Source: an uncultured Sphingobacterium sp.
GTDB taxonomy: Bacteria; Bacteroidota; Bacteroidia; Sphingobacteriales; Sphingobacteriaceae
Assembly: GCA_964616525.1 (NCBI GenBank)
Contig: CAZTRY010000006.1
Span: forward strand, 2,793 to 66,792
Direction of reading: 5' to 3'
Length of the DNA: 64,000 nucleotides
In this document: positions 58,878-64,000 of the stretch, piece after piece
How positions within the stretch are numbered: the stretch's first letter is position 1
How the letters are laid out: each line of letters opens with the position of its first letter
The notes under the pieces: generated by a model
The model's input: only the letters and a program-made list of their open reading frames with translations
What the model was told of the DNA's origin: nothing
Databases searched by the model: none
Made by a program: the position numbers and the translations under genes

Positions 58878-59456
58878 CTAAGCCTTCATCTTTTTTAACA
58901 ATTGTTCTACCACTTTTGGGTAGTGTAAATGCTCCAGTTGCTGCCCCTTGAACTTGACCATTTCAAGATCATCACCCGGTTCAATCCTGAAACGGGACTG
59001 ATGAATGATTTCGCCTTCATCAAAATGTTCATCAATAAAGTGAATGGTGATACCAGATTCTTCCTCATGAGCATCAAGAACTGCCTGATGTACATGGTCG
59101 CCGTACATACCTTTCCCACCGTATTTGGGAAGCAAAGCAGGGTGGATGTTGATGATTTTATTTGGGAAGGCTTTTAATAAATTTTGAGGAATCAGCCACA
59201 TAAAGCCGGCCAGAACAATGAGGTCAATCTGAAGATTTTTTAAGAGCTCAACTACATTGTTTGTTTTGTAGAATTCATGCTTGTCAAAAATATGCGATGG
59301 AATCTCAAAATTGTCAGCCCGTTGCAAAACGTAGGCTTCAGGATTATTGGTCAGCACAATAACAACTTCAGCATCTGCGTGTTTTTTGAAATGCTCCATG
59401 ATCTTTTGAGCATTTGACCCTGACCCAGATGCGAAAATTGCGATACGTTTCTTCAA
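58878..59456 (-). CDS. purN: Phosphoribosylglycinamide formyltransferase
   Basis: FASGSGSN, LAGFM, INIHPALLP; TTG start. Confidence 0.96.
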   Translation of the reverse strand: MKKRIAIFASGSGSNAQKIMEHFKKHADAEVVIVLTNNPEAYVLQRADNFEIPSHIFDKHEFYKTNNVVELLKNLQIDLIVLAGFMWLIPQNLLKAFPNKIINIHPALLPKYGGKGMYGDHVHQAVLDAHEEESGITIHFIDEHFDEGEIIHQSRFRIEPGDDLEMVKFKGQQLEHLHYPKVVEQLLKKMKA

Positions 59457-59620
59457 GATTGTTCTATTTTTAACAAAGATATTATTTTGGAGGTTTTATA
59501 GAAATGATCTTGATCAATTTGTCAAATTGAGAATTAGTAAACTAGCAAATTATGGAAAATTGTGCTGTCATATCAATATTTTCATCTTCAAATCACCTCA
59601 TCTTCAAATTTTCAAATTGA

Positions 59621-60745
59621 TTAAAGGTTCCCCCTCGCTTCCTGTTCCCTTTCCAATGCCTCGAAAAGCGCTTTAAAGTTCCCGGCTCCGAATGATTTAG
59701 CGCCTTTACGCTGTATAATCTCGAAGAACAAAGTGGGCCTGTCCTCAACAGGTTTAGTAAAAATCTGGAGTAAATATCCTTCTTCATCCCTGTCGACCAG
59801 AATCCCTAGTTTCTTTAGCGGTTTTATATCTTCTTCTATCTTACCAACTCTCGATTCCAGATCATCATAATAGATTCCCGGAACTTTTAAAAACTCAACA
59901 CCACGGGCCTCTAATTTACTTACGGTATCGACTATGTTGTTGGTAGCGATTGCAATATGCTGGACTCCTTCATCACCATAAAAATCAAGATATTCTTCTA
60001 CCTGCGAACGTTTTTTGCCCTCTGCAGGTTCGTTTATCGGAAACTTGACATATCCATTCCCGTTACTCATCACTTTACTCATTAATGCTGAATATTCGGT
60101 TGAAATCTGTTTATCATCGAAGGTGAGGATATTTTTGAAGCCCATCACATCCTCATAGAATTTCACCCATTTGTCCATCTGATTCCATCCTACATTTCCT
60201 ACACAATGATCCACGTAAAGCAGTCCGGTTGGTTCGGGATTATAGCTGCTATCCCATTTCTCATAGCCCGGCATGAACAGACCATTATAGTTTTTGCGTT
60301 CAACAAACATGTGTACTGTTTCTCCATAAGTATATATTCCGCTCATCTTTAGCTGCCCATAATCATCTTCCAGTGTTTGCGGATCCAGATAACTTTCTGC
60401 GCCGCGCGAAGTGGTTTGATGGTGTGCATCATAGGCATCGTCAACCCAAAGGGCTATGATCTTTACACCATCACCATGCCGGATTAGTTGTTCAGAAATA
60501 GGATGATCGGGGTATAAGGGGGTAGTTAAGACCAGTCTGATCTTGTTTTGCACTAGAACATAGGAAGCACGGTCTTTAACCCCGGTTTCCGGACCTGCAT
60601 AGGCCAGACTTTGAAAGCCGAAGGCTGTTTTATAAAAATGTGCCGCTTGTTTGGCGTTTCCAACATATAATTCTATATAATCTGTTCCTTTTAGGGGAAG
60701 AAAATCTGTTGTCTGTATATCTGCTGCTATCGTTCCTGTTCTCAT
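59621..60745 (-). CDS. hppD: 4-hydroxyphenylpyruvate dioxygenase
   Basis: DHCVGN, PINEP, GVQHIA, LLQIFT, FFEIIQR, FGAGNFKALF. Confidence 0.96.
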   Translation of the reverse strand: MRTGTIAADIQTTDFLPLKGTDYIELYVGNAKQAAHFYKTAFGFQSLAYAGPETGVKDRASYVLVQNKIRLVLTTPLYPDHPISEQLIRHGDGVKIIALWVDDAYDAHHQTTSRGAESYLDPQTLEDDYGQLKMSGIYTYGETVHMFVERKNYNGLFMPGYEKWDSSYNPEPTGLLYVDHCVGNVGWNQMDKWVKFYEDVMGFKNILTFDDKQISTEYSALMSKVMSNGNGYVKFPINEPAEGKKRSQVEEYLDFYGDEGVQHIAIATNNIVDTVSKLEARGVEFLKVPGIYYDDLESRVGKIEEDIKPLKKLGILVDRDEEGYLLQIFTKPVEDRPTLFFEIIQRKGAKSFGAGNFKALFEALEREQEARGNL

Positions 60746-60806
60746 TTTTCTAGGTTAAAAAGTAGTTTTTGCCATCTTCAAATTACCAAATCTTCAAATC
60801 ACCAAA

Positions 60807-61973
60807 TTATTCCACATTCTCCTGCCAGCTTTTATGATAATTTTCATCCTCAATACTCAGTGCGTAATCAGTCAGCATCAATGGTTTAAAGGGATCGATC
60901 ATTACTGCCAGTTCTTCTGTCCTTTCCTTTCCAATTGATTTTTCAACGGTACCCGGATGCGGACCATGTGGTATTCCACCGGGATGAAGGGTAATCTGAC
61001 CCTTAGCAACACTTTTTCGGCTCATAAAGTCCCCATCTACATAATAGAGAACTTCGTCGCTGTCTACATTACTATGATTATATGGCGCCGGGATTGCATC
61101 CGGGTGATAATCATATTTTCTCGGACAAAATGAACAGATTACAAAGTTATGTCCCTCGAAAGTCTGATGAACCGGAGGGGGTTGGTGAATTCTTCCCGTA
61201 ATTGGTTCAAAATCATGTATTGAAAATGCCCATGGATAATGAAACCCATCCCATCCTATAAAATCAAAAGGATGTGTACCGTAGATATAGGGATAGATCA
61301 AACCTTGTTTTTTGATCAGAATTTTAAAATTTCCGGCTTCATCATGTGTTTCAAGATCAGCAGGGCGTTTTATATCACGCTCGCAAAAAGGGGAATGTTC
61401 CATTAGCTGGCCCCATTCATTTCGGTAGCGTTTTGGGGTGCGTATCGGACTAAAACTTTCAATGATAAACAGCCTGTTGTCTTCAGTGTTGAATTCCATC
61501 TGGTAAATCGTACCCCTGGGTACAATCAGATAGTCGCCGTATTCAAATTTTATCTTCCCAAAACCTGTCTTCAGGGTTCCACTTCCTTCGTGGATGAAAA
61601 TTACCTCATCAGCCTGACTGTTTTTATAATAATAATCAGTCATGGAATGGCGGGGAGCTGCCAGCGAAATATGAAGATCACTGTTCACCAGCACCGGCTT
61701 GCGGCTTTCCAGATAATCATCTTCGGGTTTGATCTTAAAGCCAATCAGACTGGTATGGCGAAGATGTTTTTCTCTAACGATCTTCGGCTCAACTGAATAA
61801 GGCTCACCCAGTTCTTTTACAATAGTTGGGGGATGACAATGATATACCAGTGAATAAAGACTGGAAAAACCCTCAGTAGAGACCAATTCCTCAGCATACA
61901 ACACGCCGTTTGCTTTACGGAAGGAAGTATGACGTTTATGAGGAATAGATCCTAATGTATGATAAACAGGCAT
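60807..61973 (-). CDS. hmgA: Homogentisate 1,2-dioxygenase
   Basis: PHKRH, HQPPPVHQTF, PYNHSNVDSDEV, LHPGGIPHGPHP; next to hppD. Confidence 0.93.
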   Translation of the reverse strand: MPVYHTLGSIPHKRHTSFRKANGVLYAEELVSTEGFSSLYSLVYHCHPPTIVKELGEPYSVEPKIVREKHLRHTSLIGFKIKPEDDYLESRKPVLVNSDLHISLAAPRHSMTDYYYKNSQADEVIFIHEGSGTLKTGFGKIKFEYGDYLIVPRGTIYQMEFNTEDNRLFIIESFSPIRTPKRYRNEWGQLMEHSPFCERDIKRPADLETHDEAGNFKILIKKQGLIYPYIYGTHPFDFIGWDGFHYPWAFSIHDFEPITGRIHQPPPVHQTFEGHNFVICSFCPRKYDYHPDAIPAPYNHSNVDSDEVLYYVDGDFMSRKSVAKGQITLHPGGIPHGPHPGTVEKSIGKERTEELAVMIDPFKPLMLTDYALSIEDENYHKSWQENVE

Positions 61974-62137
61974 AAATTAGAATTTATTGGTTTTATAATT
62001 GGTAATACAAAGTAAGCTTTTCTTTATTGGAAACTGAAATATGTTTATTTGGTATCCGGCTTTGTTTTTTTTAGGAATGATTAAAGGATAAGCAAAATTC
62101 ATTAGTTTTGAATAGCTGCTAACCAAATAATACCTTC

Positions 62138-63154
62138 ATGAAATTAATTTCCTATAAAACCGAAGATCGCGAACACCTTGGCTTGTTCATTAACGGACAT
62201 ATTTATAATCTGAATTCATGTGATAAGCTTATTCCCGACAATATGAATGAGTTTTTGAGTGGGGGTGAAGAGTTAATGGAACGGGCCAAAAAGGTTAATG
62301 AGGAGATAAAATCCGGGAAACAGCAGGCGAAGGAGGAAATATTCTTCGAAGTGCTTGCTCCTGTACCACATCCCAGTTCCTGCCGTGATGCATATGCTTT
62401 CAGGCAGCATGTAGCCTCTGCAAGAAAAAACAGGAGGGTTGAAATGATTCCTGAATTTGATCAGTATCCCATATTTTATTTTACCAATCATAATTCTATA
62501 CAGGGCATGGGTGATGTTGAATGTATGCCTGATCATTTTGAAAAACTTGACTTTGAATTGGAGGCAGCAATCGTGATTGGCAAAAAAGGACGAAATATCA
62601 GGGCTGAAGAGGCCGATTCTTATATCGCAGGATATATGATTATGAACGATTTGAGCGCCCGCACCCTTCAGATGGAGGAAATGCTGCTCAATCTCGGTCC
62701 TGCAAAGGGGAAGGATTTCTCGACAGTAATTGGTCCCTGGCTTGTCACTCCCGATGAATTAGAAAGATATAAAGTACCTGCAAAATCCGGACATATTGGT
62801 AATGCCTATTCACTGGATATGAAATGCTGGGTTAATGGTAAGCAGGTTTCATCAGGATCAATGGCTGATATGGACTGGACTTTTGCCGAGATTATTGAGC
62901 GCTGCTCTTATGGGGCAGATATTCTGCCGGGAGATGTTATCGGTTCAGGGACCGTTGGAACCGGATGTTTTCTTGAATTGAACGGAACCGGTTTGCTGAA
63001 TGATCCGGAATTTAAACCACAATGGCTTCAGGCCGGTGATATTGTTGAAATGGAAATTACCGGATTAGGACGTTTGACCAATACCATCAGAAAAGCCAAT
63101 ACCGACTGGTCTATTTTGAAATTAAAGAAGAACAAAAAACAGATAAATGATTAA
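62138..63154 (+). CDS. Fumarylacetoacetate hydrolase family protein
   Basis: RDAYAFRQH, LDFELE, MNDLSAR, KGKDF, GDVIGSGT; divergent from hmgA. Confidence 0.9.
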   Translation: MKLISYKTEDREHLGLFINGHIYNLNSCDKLIPDNMNEFLSGGEELMERAKKVNEEIKSGKQQAKEEIFFEVLAPVPHPSSCRDAYAFRQHVASARKNRRVEMIPEFDQYPIFYFTNHNSIQGMGDVECMPDHFEKLDFELEAAIVIGKKGRNIRAEEADSYIAGYMIMNDLSARTLQMEEMLLNLGPAKGKDFSTVIGPWLVTPDELERYKVPAKSGHIGNAYSLDMKCWVNGKQVSSGSMADMDWTFAEIIERCSYGADILPGDVIGSGTVGTGCFLELNGTGLLNDPEFKPQWLQAGDIVEMEITGLGRLTNTIRKANTDWSILKLKKNKKQIND

Positions 63155-63248
63155 GGAACAAAGATTAAGGACTCAGGGAGGGTGAAAAATTTTCATCTTA
63201 GTTCTTTTCTCCAAATCTTTGTTCCTTGATCCTTGTACTTTAATCCTA
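63150..63248. repeat. Inverted 7-mer arrays forming a long imperfect hairpin
   Basis: ttaaggaacaaagattaagga versus tctttgttccttgatccttgtactttaatcct. Confidence 0.6.
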
Positions 63249-63252
63249 TTGT

Positions 63253-64000
63253 ATGCTAACCATAAACACCGCTGATCTAAAACCTGCAGAACTGCAGAAT
63301 TATCTACAGTATGCAATTGCACCGAGGCCAATTTGTTTTGTTTCTACCATTGATAAGCAGGGGAATGTCAATTTAAGTCCTTTCAGTTTTTTTAACTTAT
63401 TTAGCATCAATCCACCGATATGTGTGTTTTCACCTTCACGCAGGGTGAGGGATAATACAAGCAAACATAGCCTTGAGAATGTAATGGAAGTGCCTGAATG
63501 TGTGATAAATATTGTGAATTACGATATGGTTCAGCAAACGTCCCTTGCCAGTGTGGAGTATCCCAAAGGTGTAAATGAGTTTGTAAAGGCAGGATTTACG
63601 CAGCTTCCTTCCGAACTGGTAAGGCCTCCACGGGTTGCCGAATCGCCGGTGCAGATGGAGTGCATAATCAGGCAGGTAATTCCATTAGGAGAAAATGCAG
63701 GTGCCGGAAATCTGGTTCTTTCAGAGATCAAGCGAATACATATCAAGGACGATATACTGGATGCATCCGGAAAGATCGATCAGACTAAAATTAATCTTGT
63801 TGCACGATTGGGGGGAGATTGGTATTGCAGGGTAGGGGCAGACAATTTATTTGAAGTCGAGAAGCCGGTCCGCACTCTTGGTATTGGTGTAGATTCTCTT
63901 CCCGCATCCATACGGAACTCTGCAGTTTTGACCGGAAATAACCTGGGGCAGCTTGGAAATGTGGAATATCTGCCGTCTGATGAAGAAGTTGAAGCATTCA
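63253..64000 (+). CDS. Flavin reductase (DIM6/NTAB) family protein, 3' end runs off the window
   Basis: Not in the ORF track. Manual translation: MLTINTADLKPAELQNYLQYAIAPRPICFVSTIDKQGNVNLSPFSFFN...ESPVQMEC...ARLGGDWY. Confidence 0.88.
   Translation, partial: MLTINTADLKPAELQNYLQYAIAPRPICFVSTIDKQGNVNLSPFSFFNLFSINPPICVFSPSRRVRDNTSKHSLENVMEVPECVINIVNYDMVQQTSLASVEYPKGVNEFVKAGFTQLPSELVRPPRVAESPVQMECIIRQVIPLGENAGAGNLVLSEIKRIHIKDDILDASGKIDQTKINLVARLGGDWYCRVGADNLFEVEKPVRTLGIGVDSLPASIRNSAVLTGNNLGQLGNVEYLPSDEEVEAF

Overview
Chromosomal window from a Bacteroidota genome, probably Sphingobacteriaceae-like. The evidence is TAnnTTTG promoters, T9SS C-terminal domains and the gene families present. In order it holds: a partial MDR oxidoreductase; a Fur-boxed TonB siderophore receptor plus PepSY gene bracketed by a palindromic repeat; DsbA/FrnE, amidase, patatin and sulfatase genes; a three-gene 2-oxoacid oxidoreductase operon; tRNA-Val(GAC) followed by small accessory genes that include two apparently intact but orphan contractile-injection-system tail-tube genes; an MFS transporter and a ceramidase-like gene separated by a nest of CCGATAGCTATCGG palindromes; an ~11 kb copper locus (HYC_CC_PP gene, CusA split into two ORFs, TolC, two MFPs, CxxC-AraC, CopA, CopZ) whose two promoters share an identically spaced direct-repeat operator; a 2610-aa T9SS type-B repeat adhesin with no PorP/SprF neighbour; an S8 protease and a di-heme peroxidase; and core genes (tdk, rodA, mrdA, mreBCD, purH, purN, hppD, hmgA, FAA hydrolase). 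The best candidates for undescribed biology are the stand-alone tube-gene pair and the split-CusA copper regulon. All calls come from reading motifs by eye; no database search was run.
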